The notes under the pieces were generated by a model. It worked only from the letters and a program-made list of their open reading frames with translations, made no database searches and was not told where the DNA came from. A stretch of 56,994 nt of DNA from a virus (Duplodnaviria > Caudoviricetes). This document shows, one piece after another, positions 18,315 to 26,903 of the stretch. The position numbers were made by a program, and so were the translations under genes. The stretch is from positions 1 to 56,994 of the IMG/VR virus record IMGVR_UViG_3300014613_000030; one strand, given 5' to 3'. Numbering within the stretch: position 1 is the first letter of the stretch; each line of letters begins with the position of its first letter.

Positions 18315-18470
18315 TTATTTTTTCTCCCTATTCCTTATGGGCTTTTCCCTATATTTTTGAACCGTGAATAAACTGATATTTAATCTTTTTGATATAATTT
18401 TTCTAGACAATCCCTCGTTTGCAAGTTTTTTGATTCTCTCAATTTTCTCATTCGAAAGTCTTTTAGTCAT
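18315..18470 (-). CDS. Small helix-turn-helix protein (51 aa, not in ORF track)
   Basis: IKKLANEGLSRKIISKRLNISLFTVQKY matches a resolvase-type HTH pattern. Confidence 0.65.
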   Translation of the reverse strand: MTKRLSNEKIERIKKLANEGLSRKIISKRLNISLFTVQKYREKPIRNREKK

Positions 18471-18804
18471 TTAGTAATTCCTTTGCATGACTGATTGCTA
18501 ATTCAATTTCATTTATCGTAAACTCTTCACTTAGGGTATTATTATCCTCTCTATGCCATCGAACAAAAAAACCATTATCATCTGAAATAAGCCATAACCT
18601 TTTAGTTCCTAATCCTTGTATCGGAGAGGAATATGGAGAGTTTCCGGCCCTCAGGTCTTCCCCGAAAACAATATATGGGCCTTGGTATTTATCAAACGAT
18701 TTAATAACACCATTCAATGCTTTTGCGACAGCAGCATGTATAGGCCATTCTTCTCCATTTGAATCAAATCCATTTTGATCTATCCAACTCATTTCTCCAG
18801 TCAT
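18463..18804 (-). CDS. Hypothetical protein
   Basis: 113-aa ORF within the operon. Confidence 0.7.
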   Translation of the reverse strand: MTGEMSWIDQNGFDSNGEEWPIHAAVAKALNGVIKSFDKYQGPYIVFGEDLRAGNSPYSSPIQGLGTKRLWLISDDNGFFVRWHREDNNTLSEEFTINEIELAISHAKELLND

Positions 18805-18805
18805 T

Positions 18806-19105
18806 TTATTTTCCTTTCTTAATGAAGTCTACATCTTCTGGAAAAGCAAATTTGTCATTAGAATGGTCCGATAATTTTATTCTAAGTAATTTTATTGTTT
18901 TAATCTTCGTTAGATATGGTTGGCCGATGGGCCCGAGAAGAGGATGACTATCACCTGAATTATATATGCCTTCTTGCTTATAGGCTAATCCCACATACCA
19001 TCCGATTTTGTATGTTTTTTTCTTGGACCATATTCTTTTCTTTTCTATATATTCTGGAAAAGCAAAAGCTTTTATTCTTACTTTACATCCTATTTCTTTA
19101 GTCAT
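18806..19105 (-). CDS. Hypothetical protein
   Basis: 99 aa; GGAGG RBS; ATGA overlap. Confidence 0.7.
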   Translation of the reverse strand: MTKEIGCKVRIKAFAFPEYIEKKRIWSKKKTYKIGWYVGLAYKQEGIYNSGDSHPLLGPIGQPYLTKIKTIKLLRIKLSDHSNDKFAFPEDVDFIKKGK

Positions 19106-19290
19106 TTAACGTCCTCCTTCTTTTTATTTTCTTCATTCATTTTTAATATTTTCGGTAATGTAAGGCATACTATAATAATAAATGAAATAAATGTCACCAT
19201 AAGATTGTTTCCAGAGGGCCATATTAGGTCTATGAAAAAAGATTCAATAACAAAAACTATACTGTAGAGTATTATTAGTCCTATATACAT
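19102..19290 (-). CDS. Small two-TM membrane protein
   Basis: Two hydrophobic segments; GGAGG RBS. Confidence 0.65.
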   Translation of the reverse strand: MYIGLIILYSIVFVIESFFIDLIWPSGNNLMVTFISFIIIVCLTLPKILKMNEENKKKEDVK

Positions 19291-19304
19291 CTTTCAATCC
19301 TCCT

Positions 19305-19826
19305 CTATGTTTTTAGATGTTTCACGTATGTTCTTTTTTTAATGCATGACTTTGGTTTCGCCAATAAAGCAAGTTTTCTAACTGTGTTAAGTCCCCTCCT
19401 TATATGTTCAAGTTTTAATCCAGCATTTCTGCAAGTTGCATATATGTTTAAACCAAATCCCTCTCCTACGGTCATATACCTATTTAGGTTTTTAATTTTG
19501 ATGAACCTTTTAGCTCTCTTGTGTACAATATTATCTATCGTTCTTTGCCAATATAATAGATTTTTACATTGCCTTTCTGTCCAATTAGGATGAGCTTTCT
19601 TCATTTTCATGGCATGGTTTTTTAAATCAAAGTTTTTGAAAACGAGATACATGGGCTCATCTAAATCAAATACATTTTCAAATTGATATTTATGTGCAGA
19701 TGAGAATTTACAACGAGGATAATTTTTACAAAATTTCTTTTCATAATATGGCAAAGCACACCATAAGTTTGATCTTTTGACAGATACTGTTTTTATATGA
19801 TTTCTATTTAACCTTAGAATAAACAT
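19305..19826 (-). CDS. DUF2284-like protein
   Basis: WCALPY...CKNY..C, NLLYWQ, EGFGLNIYAT...AGL.LE. Confidence 0.55.
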   Translation of the reverse strand: MFILRLNRNHIKTVSVKRSNLWCALPYYEKKFCKNYPRCKFSSAHKYQFENVFDLDEPMYLVFKNFDLKNHAMKMKKAHPNWTERQCKNLLYWQRTIDNIVHKRAKRFIKIKNLNRYMTVGEGFGLNIYATCRNAGLKLEHIRRGLNTVRKLALLAKPKSCIKKRTYVKHLKT

Positions 19827-19841
19827 TGCTTCTTCTCTATT

Positions 19842-20135
19842 TTATTCTCCTAATTTTAGACTTAATTCATAAAGTTTTAACGTCCAATATCCAGACATTG
19901 TTATTGAATACGGTCTACCGAACATTCCGCATTTTAGTCCCAAAATTCCATGTACATCATAGAGCCATATGATTCCTCTCGGATAAATTCCAACTTTTTC
20001 TACAACATCATTAACCCAAGGTTGAGGCATTGCCCAGTCATAGTTTACTCCTTTTTCTTGGAGTTCATCTAATCCTAATTCTTTTACTCTTTGTCCAAAA
20101 CTCGGAAACCAATCTATGGATGGATTATAATCCAT
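19842..20135 (-). CDS. Hypothetical protein
   Basis: 97 aa; GGAGG RBS. Confidence 0.7.
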   Translation of the reverse strand: MDYNPSIDWFPSFGQRVKELGLDELQEKGVNYDWAMPQPWVNDVVEKVGIYPRGIIWLYDVHGILGLKCGMFGRPYSITMSGYWTLKLYELSLKLGE

Positions 20136-20145
20136 TTTATCCCTC

Positions 20146-20454
20146 CTATTCTTTTTCTTGGTGCATTTCTTTAGTACATTTACTTTTTCTTTCCCATCTT
20201 GATAAAATCATTCTAACTTTTCTACTTCGATATTCATGTTTGACTAAATATTCCAATGTTAAGGCTCCACTATGATCTAAATATGGAGAAACTATTATCA
20301 ATTTAACTGGTCTTCTTGATCTTGTATATTTCGATGCTATTCCGTCATTATGTTGATTTAACCTTCTTATGATATCAGTTGTTATTCCACAATAATAAGA
20401 GTTATCGCTGCATTTTATTAGATATACTTTCCATATCTTACTATTTGCATTCAT
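20146..20454 (-). CDS. GIY-YIG nuclease (UPF0213/YhbQ-like)
   Basis: VYLIKCSDNSYYCGIT.D..RRL.QHN.G...KYTR.RRPV...A...E. Confidence 0.9.
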   Translation of the reverse strand: MNANSKIWKVYLIKCSDNSYYCGITTDIIRRLNQHNDGIASKYTRSRRPVKLIIVSPYLDHSGALTLEYLVKHEYRSRKVRMILSRWERKSKCTKEMHQEKE

Positions 20455-20836
20455 TTAATTTCATTTCTTCTATTATTTGAACTGCTCTTGCCCATCTTTG
20501 TATTGTTGATTTCTTAATTGTTTTGACAGTGATTGTTACTTTATCAGGATAATTATGGAAAGTTATTTTCCCATCTTTATCAATTGATTTCTTCGCAGTT
20601 ATCCAGGGATTAGCTCCATTTAGATGATGGTTCCATATTAGTAGTGCTATCGGGATAACATTTTCAGTTATTCCGATCTCTGTTAAAAGGTGGATAAGTC
20701 CTTTAATTCTTTCAGTAATTCCCGAATTAAAGAATACTCTTAAAGATTTTGTTCTTAATACGTCTAATCCTATCCCTTCTTTTTCGAATCTTTTATTAAT
20801 CTTACCGGCCAATTGCTGATCGATTCTTTTTGCCAT
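20441..20836 (-). CDS. Hypothetical protein
   Basis: 131 aa; GGAGG RBS. Confidence 0.7.
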   Translation of the reverse strand: MAKRIDQQLAGKINKRFEKEGIGLDVLRTKSLRVFFNSGITERIKGLIHLLTEIGITENVIPIALLIWNHHLNGANPWITAKKSIDKDGKITFHNYPDKVTITVKTIKKSTIQRWARAVQIIEEMKLNECK

Positions 20837-20852
20837 TTTATTTCCCTCCTAT

Positions 20853-21884
20853 TTATTTCTCCTCCCAAGGTCTTTGTACTGGTTCGGTATATGGTTTTCC
20901 TTTAGTGGCTATCCTTACGTTAGCCACATCGCGCATTGTCGGTTTCGACATAGCTTTCTTTCCAAGCTTATCTGGCAATAAACCAACTCTGTATGATCTC
21001 GTCGTGCATCCTAAACATACACCTCCATTCATTTGTTTTCGCAAACCATGATATAAAAATTTTCTTGCTGATTTAAAATACTTATTGTTCCATAGATCAT
21101 CTATTCCATCATAATTAACAATATTTCCACACTTATAAATACCTCTAAAATCATCACAGCATAAAGCAACATTGCCATCCCATCTTATACTCATCTCCCT
21201 AAACGGTTTTGCACATCTCTTATTATCCATTGCATTACTTAATGGAAAAGCACACCCACAATGGTTGGACAAGTGTGAGTGGGTCCCATATGTTTGTTCG
21301 GAAATATCTCTTATTACTACAAGATGACGATCACTTGGTTTTCTCCTTGTATGCGGAGATGCTTTTTTGTTATCTGGATAAAAAAATAATTCTGGAAACA
21401 ATTTTTTTCTAAAATCATTCAGAAGTAAAATTCCATCAACAATTTTTTCACCTTTATATTGATCTAAAGCGAGAATGTTTAATCCGTAAGAAAATGCTTT
21501 ATATATATTCTTTGGTTTTAGAAAACCTATCCCATTTGAAGTCATCATTATGGAGGCCCACGGTAATCTTTTCCTAAATATTTTTATTATATCAATAAAA
21601 TTAGGATTAAGGCTAGGTTCTCCATGCATTGCAAATTCTATTCTGGAATTCCAATTTGCTTCTTTTATTCTATCTGCAATTAGTTTTGCCGTATCAATTG
21701 ACATAAAAAAGTATGGTTTACTATTCTTTCCATTTTTTTGTTTAATGCTATTTGCCCCATTATTTCTGATTCCTTGCAGTCCACAAAACCAACAGGCCAG
21801 TAAACATCCTTCAGTGAGCTCAATCTGAAGAGCGTTTGGGGGTTCTTGATGATTTGAAAGCTCTTTTCCACTGGATTCTAACAT
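20853..21884 (-). CDS. Radical SAM enzyme with SPASM/twitch domain
   Basis: IELTEGCLLACWFC (CxxxCxxC), HGEPSLNP, TSNG, CAKPF...WDGNVALCCDD...GN...CLGC. Confidence 0.92.
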   Translation of the reverse strand: MLESSGKELSNHQEPPNALQIELTEGCLLACWFCGLQGIRNNGANSIKQKNGKNSKPYFFMSIDTAKLIADRIKEANWNSRIEFAMHGEPSLNPNFIDIIKIFRKRLPWASIMMTSNGIGFLKPKNIYKAFSYGLNILALDQYKGEKIVDGILLLNDFRKKLFPELFFYPDNKKASPHTRRKPSDRHLVVIRDISEQTYGTHSHLSNHCGCAFPLSNAMDNKRCAKPFREMSIRWDGNVALCCDDFRGIYKCGNIVNYDGIDDLWNNKYFKSARKFLYHGLRKQMNGGVCLGCTTRSYRVGLLPDKLGKKAMSKPTMRDVANVRIATKGKPYTEPVQRPWEEK

Positions 21885-22623
21885 CTCGCCTTACCTCCAT
21901 TCCTTTCCATCCTGATTTAGATTTCTTTTCAACTATGCTTACAAAATCTGGATGTAGTTCTTTTAATTTTATTGCTGATTCTTTTTGGATATCATTATTT
22001 CTATAAAGAGAACATCCTCCAGGTGCATTTGTTCCCATTTGATCCCATGCGCAGTCGGTTATAATTGCATTTTTATGTCCATTTCTTAAGAAGGTCAGTA
22101 TAACATTAAAATCTTCCATCACAATTGTTTGATCAAATCTTGCATTTATTTTTGCAAATACTTTTGTATCGATTGCATGAATATTGTTTTGTCTTACACA
22201 CGTTTTAATTTTGTCCGGAAAGAATCTATTATTTCCTGATCTGGCTGAGAGCCCAACAAGCGGATAAACTTTGCATAGTTTAAACATTCTTATAAAAATA
22301 TTTTCAATCTCTTCTGTAGTCGCTTTTCTTAAATTAAATGCATTTTGATTTTTTCTTACAAAAAACAAATGATCATCATCACACATTATTATTCTTTTTA
22401 ATCCTTTTTCAATTGAATAATCCATTATCCATTGTCTTGTTTTGGCAATTCCCTCCATATCACATCGCAATACTTTATATCCTAATCTTCTATGCATTGG
22501 GGCTTCATGGGAGGGGCCTACTAATTTAATATTATATTTCCTAATGAACTCTTTTGTAAAAGAGCCATATGTATCTTGGATTCCAATTCTTCCTCTTGTT
22601 GGTATAAATATTTGTTCAAACAT
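21820..22623 (-). CDS. GT-A fold glycosyltransferase, TAGT / J-glucosyltransferase (GREB1-C)-like
   Basis: IFIPTRGR, GIAKTRQWI, IIMCDDD, MEDF...L..L..G, GGCS.YR, L...HP..V, IQWK. Confidence 0.82.
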   Translation of the reverse strand: MFEQIFIPTRGRIGIQDTYGSFTKEFIRKYNIKLVGPSHEAPMHRRLGYKVLRCDMEGIAKTRQWIMDYSIEKGLKRIIMCDDDHLFFVRKNQNAFNLRKATTEEIENIFIRMFKLCKVYPLVGLSARSGNNRFFPDKIKTCVRQNNIHAIDTKVFAKINARFDQTIVMEDFNVILTFLRNGHKNAIITDCAWDQMGTNAPGGCSLYRNNDIQKESAIKLKELHPDFVSIVEKKSKSGWKGMEVRRDVRIQWKRAFKSSRTPKRSSD

Positions 22624-22624
22624 T

Positions 22625-22822
22625 TTACGTTCCTTTATTGGTTTTTTCTAGGATATGGATTAATTCTCTTTTTTCATCAATTAGATCAATTAATTTGTTT
22701 TTTTCTTCTTCGGTTATTGTTTTTTCTTTAGTCTCATATATTATATTAAAAGTTATTTTTTTAAGGACTCTTTCATCTTGGGCGTCATCTATCCTTTTTA
22801 CGATTGAATGGTATGCGGTCAT
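22625..22822 (-). CDS. Small helical hypothetical protein
   Basis: 65 aa; coupled to both neighbours. Confidence 0.6.
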   Translation of the reverse strand: MTAYHSIVKRIDDAQDERVLKKITFNIIYETKEKTITEEEKNKLIDLIDEKRELIHILEKTNKGT

Positions 22823-23682
22823 TTTTCACTCCTTTTTTGTAATAACATCATCCACATTTTAGAAAGGTTCATATCTTCTACAGTTACAAACATACTGTTA
22901 ATTATAGATGTCGGGAAAAGAGATGCCATGTTTTTTATTATATCTGAATAAGATGATCTACTTTTATACTCTCTTCTTGGAGTAATTCCACATCTTTTTG
23001 CTACTTTAAAACCATTACTCTCTACTAACGGAATAATTTCTTCAAAAGACCACTCATATTTATGACTACCACATGATTCATTCTTCCAAACCCATTCTTC
23101 TCCTTCTTTTCTTTTTAGATTTGGAGAAGAAAGAATGACTATTCCATTATTTTTTAAATTTCTTTTTATATTGTCGAAAAGAAATGGAACTTTTTCTCTT
23201 TCTATATGTTCGATGGTTTCAAGACAAACTATGACATCGCCTTTATAAGGCATTTTTATAGGTTTAGTGAGATTAGCCAGATAGTGATTAAACCTATCAT
23301 TTCTTTTTGGTATAATATTTTTTCTTCCACCTATAAGTCTCTTTTTATTACCATCAACTCCATGATATGAAATCTTTGGCCATCCAAAGTAATTGCAGTT
23401 GTAACGCCAGTATGCATAGAATTGGCTCCACGAACAACCAAAATCAATGATTGTCATGATCCTTTTTTCTTTCAACGAAAGAAAATAATTTTTTGTCCAA
23501 TTTAATGCTATCATGAATCTTAACATTTGTGAGATATCCCATGGAGAAAACCATCTCATTTTTCTTGGATTATGTAAATCTATTGTACCATCAACGAGAA
23601 GTGAAGATTCATTTATCAAGTTTTCATCATAATATTTATGAATATAGATTTCTCCATCCTTTTTAAATTCGGAATACTTCAT
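22819..23682 (-). CDS. Class I SAM-dependent methyltransferase
   Basis: IIDFGC (motif I), YHGVD, DVIVCLETIEHI, L...G...LSSPN, H.YEW. Confidence 0.85.
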   Translation of the reverse strand: MKYSEFKKDGEIYIHKYYDENLINESSLLVDGTIDLHNPRKMRWFSPWDISQMLRFMIALNWTKNYFLSLKEKRIMTIIDFGCSWSQFYAYWRYNCNYFGWPKISYHGVDGNKKRLIGGRKNIIPKRNDRFNHYLANLTKPIKMPYKGDVIVCLETIEHIEREKVPFLFDNIKRNLKNNGIVILSSPNLKRKEGEEWVWKNESCGSHKYEWSFEEIIPLVESNGFKVAKRCGITPRREYKSRSSYSDIIKNMASLFPTSIINSMFVTVEDMNLSKMWMMLLQKRSEK

Positions 23683-23710
23683 TTTTTTCTCCTTATATTA
23701 AAGTTTACAT

Positions 23711-23746
23711 AAAAAAAGCCGAGGGGCTTTTCTTTCCCTCGGCTTT
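23711..23746 (-). terminator. Rho-independent terminator
   Basis: AAAGCCGAGGG / CCCTCGGCTTT stem followed by T7 on the minus strand. Confidence 0.88.
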
Positions 23747-23762
23747 CCTGGATGGCTACTGG

Positions 23763-24818
23763 CTACTTCTTCGTCTTCTTCTTTTTCTTCTTAGGGGCCT
23801 CTACTACTTCCTCAACAACCTTCTTCTTTTTCTTCTTAGGGGCCTCTACTACTTCCTCAACAACCTTCTTCTTTTTCTTTACCACTTCCTTTACCTCCTC
23901 TTTATCCGATTTCTTAGCTTTTGCCTTCTCTGCCAATTCCTTCCCCTTAACTACTCGATCCTTAGAAGTTTGTCCAGCTTTCTTGATTGCGGCTTTCATT
24001 CCTTTACCAAAGTCCGGTGGTAATTTCCCCAAAGGGAGAGCCGCTATTACATCATAAGGGGGTTTAGCCGAGTTAAGGTCCTTATATTGTTTAATGGATT
24101 TAATAGGAATTTCTTTGCTAGACATTCTGTTAAAAAAGAAACACAATTTGCTATCTGTATTTTTAGCACCAACTACTGATAGTACTATCACATTGCCTAA
24201 TTTAAACACAGAAAGAGATGTCTTATGGGTTACTTCAAGATCATAATCCTCAGCTATTCCATCTATAATCTCTTTAAAGGTATTAGGGATTACACCGTTT
24301 GAGATGAAGTCCTTTTTCGTTTTAGTGATCTTTTTCATCTCTTTTTTGTCAGTTTCTACAACTGTCTTCTTACCCTTCTTTTTCTTTTTAGGGGTCTCTT
24401 CCTCGTCTTCCTCCTCGTCCTCGTCTTCCTCCTCTTCCTCGTCTTCCTCCTCTTCCTCCTCGTCTTCTACTTCCTCGTCTTCTACTTCCTCGTCTTCTAC
24501 TTCCTCGTCTTCTTCCTCATCCTCTTCTTCCTCATCCTCTTCTTCCTCATCCTCTTCTTCCTCGTCTTCTACTTCCTCGTCTTCTACTTCCTCGTCTTCT
24601 ACTTCCTCGTCTTCTACTTCTTCGTCTTCTTCTTCCTCTTCGGTTTCCTCTTCCTCCAGATTTTCAGCCGTTTTGACTGCACATTTCGACTCTTCATCAC
24701 CACCAAACTCACATTTTTCAGTACAGTCTTCTTCTTCGCCATCATACATCCCGAAACATTCCGGAATCACCAACTTCTTTACTTTCTTTTTTGCTTTGGC
24801 CATGTTGTAGCCCTCCAT
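23763..24818 (-). CDS. Charge-segregated protein: Cys module, poly-Glu/Asp tract, globular core, Lys-rich repeat tail
   Basis: IPECFG..C...C...C; (EVEDE)n and (EEEDE)n; KKKKKVVEEVVEAP twice; own promoter and terminator. Confidence 0.8.
   Translation of the reverse strand: MEGYNMAKAKKKVKKLVIPECFGMYDGEEEDCTEKCEFGGDEESKCAVKTAENLEEEETEEEEEDEEVEDEEVEDEEVEDEEVEDEEEEDEEEEDEEEEDEEEDEEVEDEEVEDEEVEDEEEEEEDEEEEEDEDEEEDEEETPKKKKKGKKTVVETDKKEMKKITKTKKDFISNGVIPNTFKEIIDGIAEDYDLEVTHKTSLSVFKLGNVIVLSVVGAKNTDSKLCFFFNRMSSKEIPIKSIKQYKDLNSAKPPYDVIAALPLGKLPPDFGKGMKAAIKKAGQTSKDRVVKGKELAEKAKAKKSDKEEVKEVVKKKKKVVEEVVEAPKKKKKKVVEEVVEAPKKKKKKTKK
23774..23880. repeat. 45-bp tandem coding repeat, two copies plus a partial
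   Basis: TTCTTCTTTTTCTTCTTAGGGGCCTCTACTACTTCCTCAACAACC repeated. Confidence 0.85.
24397..24655. repeat. 15-bp coding repeats encoding EVEDE/EEEDE
   Basis: TCTTCTACTTCCTCG and TCTTCTTCCTCATCC units in tandem. Confidence 0.85.
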
Positions 24819-24856
24819 GATTTATTTTGCAAGCCTATAATGGCTCGCTTAAGAGA

Positions 24857-24885
24857 GTTATACAAAATAAACTAATTAAATACAA
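24857..24885 (-). promoter_or_regulatory. Sigma70-type promoter
   Basis: TTGTAT-17 nt-TATAAC. Confidence 0.7.
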
Positions 24886-24915
24886 TAAAAAAGTGTAGTT
24901 GTTCATTAATAATTT

Positions 24916-25977
24916 TTATAATAATTTTAACTGTCTACCTGTATTAAATACGGTTAAAAATTTACGGTTTCCGATGATCTTTATAAATTTATCTCGACTC
25001 CTAATATCATCGGGATCACCAGATTCTAAATTTATCCTTGAAACTCGCGCTTCACAAACGCTTTTTAATATGTCCGCATTTTTATTTACCTCCTTTTCAG
25101 TTACATCACTATCGAACATTATACAGACCTCTTGTGGTTCTTTTTCCGAAATAAGATGAGCTTGAATTTGTGAAATTGTTTTCTTATTACATCCTAGAGC
25201 AGGAAAGCCATGCATGGTGGTTCTTATTTGGTCTGTAATTCCTTCATGAATGAAAATTATTTTTTCATGTTTTTTTATATCATCATATCCGAACAATAAC
25301 ATTGAACTGATGGACCCATAGGGATTTAAGATCTTTTTCTTTTTTCTTTCAAAAACTTTGTTATCCGGATTCATTTTAGACAAATCTTTATATTTAGCAA
25401 GAGACTTTTTGCTAAGTTGAGAATAAGCTACGAAACTTTTATTTATTCCATTAATTATTGGGAATATTAATCTTCCCTTGTAGTATCCACTATCACAAAC
25501 ACCAATCTCTAAACCCTTCATGGTTTTGTATGAGATATCTCTTTTTTTCAGATATTTTGTTCTATGATTTAGTCTTCTATATTCTTTTGGGAGATCAATA
25601 ACGAAACCCTCTTCCTTATTAGATTCATATTTAACACTAAGATTAGTAATTAACTTAATTGAATCCAATTTTGCTATTTCAAATGTATCTCCTTCAACCC
25701 CATATAGGGCTCCATATTTGTCAAGTACATCATTATAATTTAGCCTAAAGTAAACCATTAAAAAAGCCTTATGATTACCGCTAAAACCACAACGATGACA
25801 CACGAATCTTTTATCATGTTTTGTTTTTTCAGAACCCATATTGACAAACATATGCATTTTAGGATTCTGACAATCTTTAGATATACAGTTGATATTTATT
25901 TCTTCGCCATTTCTTCCTTTTATGATTTTCCCATAAGGAAATTCTTCAAGCAGGAATTTTTTCCAATCAAATTTCAT
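24916..25977 (-). CDS. DNA primase (Zn finger and TOPRIM)
   Basis: C....C...H...CHRCG, YLKKRDI, GRLIFPI, EGITD, MFDSD, GDPDD. Confidence 0.88.
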   Translation of the reverse strand: MKFDWKKFLLEEFPYGKIIKGRNGEEININCISKDCQNPKMHMFVNMGSEKTKHDKRFVCHRCGFSGNHKAFLMVYFRLNYNDVLDKYGALYGVEGDTFEIAKLDSIKLITNLSVKYESNKEEGFVIDLPKEYRRLNHRTKYLKKRDISYKTMKGLEIGVCDSGYYKGRLIFPIINGINKSFVAYSQLSKKSLAKYKDLSKMNPDNKVFERKKKKILNPYGSISSMLLFGYDDIKKHEKIIFIHEGITDQIRTTMHGFPALGCNKKTISQIQAHLISEKEPQEVCIMFDSDVTEKEVNKNADILKSVCEARVSRINLESGDPDDIRSRDKFIKIIGNRKFLTVFNTGRQLKLL

Positions 25978-25979
25978 AC

Positions 25980-26903
25980 TTAACCTTTTAAGATATTTAT
26001 TATTATATTCTTAAGGTATGACGGATCAAGATCATCAAAACAATTTCCATCAAATTCTGGGGAATCGCATAGAGGACATCTTTCATTGTCGCAAGGGTAA
26101 CACTTTTTATAAATCTCTTTTTCTTTGGACGTAGGTATTTTTATTAGATTCTCATAAGATCCTATACTTTCAAAATCTGTATTTGCAAAAATACCTACAG
26201 TTTGTTTCCCGATAGAAACAGATAAGTCCATTAAGAAACTATCAAAACTTACAAATACATCACATAAATCAATTGCTTGAGCCAGTAGCGGAACGTCATC
26301 ATAAAAATGAGATGCAAAAATGATTTCACTTTTTGTAAAAGAATAGGAATGGTGTTCTCTTTCTATCATTTTTTCTCTTATTCTATTTCTACTTGATCCA
26401 AATATAACAATTTTGAATCCACTTCTAACTAAACTGGTTATCACTGAGTTCAATAATAATATTGAAGGCCTCATGGTTGGATCCTCATCCCCTCCAATAT
26501 TTAGGCCGACTAATTTTTTATCTCCACCCCTAATTGCACTATGCACAGCATCTATAGGATAGCTTATCTTCTCAAAATATAAACTTTCATTTTCAAGAGA
26601 ACTTGGCCAAGATATATTTGTTTTGAACCTCATTATACTTGAAACCAATGCTGTACTTAATTCTGTATTTGTTTGATGAAACACTTCTCCACATTTATCA
26701 TGTATTACTTGATCTTGAATTATAAGAAATGTTTCTGCATTCATCACATAAATTTTCGGTTTTGAAGACATTGTGGCAAATATATCAACATTTTCTAATT
26801 CAGTTACTATTGTTAAATGTTTGGGGTTTTCTCTTCTTATTGCTGAGGAATTTCTAAAAACATCTCTTTTATTTCCAGTAATTATTGCAAGTTTTCTAAT
26901 CAT
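25980..26903 (-). CDS. GT9 (ADP-heptose transferase-like) GT-B glycosyltransferase, divergent
   Basis: LAQAIDLCDVFVSFDSFLMDLSVSIGKQTVGIFANT and C-terminal CYPC...CP...C. Confidence 0.7.
   Translation of the reverse strand: MIRKLAIITGNKRDVFRNSSAIRRENPKHLTIVTELENVDIFATMSSKPKIYVMNAETFLIIQDQVIHDKCGEVFHQTNTELSTALVSSIMRFKTNISWPSSLENESLYFEKISYPIDAVHSAIRGGDKKLVGLNIGGDEDPTMRPSILLLNSVITSLVRSGFKIVIFGSSRNRIREKMIEREHHSYSFTKSEIIFASHFYDDVPLLAQAIDLCDVFVSFDSFLMDLSVSIGKQTVGIFANTDFESIGSYENLIKIPTSKEKEIYKKCYPCDNERCPLCDSPEFDGNCFDDLDPSYLKNIIINILKG

Noticed and set aside
20146-20454. Homing endonuclease / mobile intron
   Set aside because: A stand-alone ~100-aa UPF0213-type GIY-YIG with no DNA-binding tail, not interrupting any gene.
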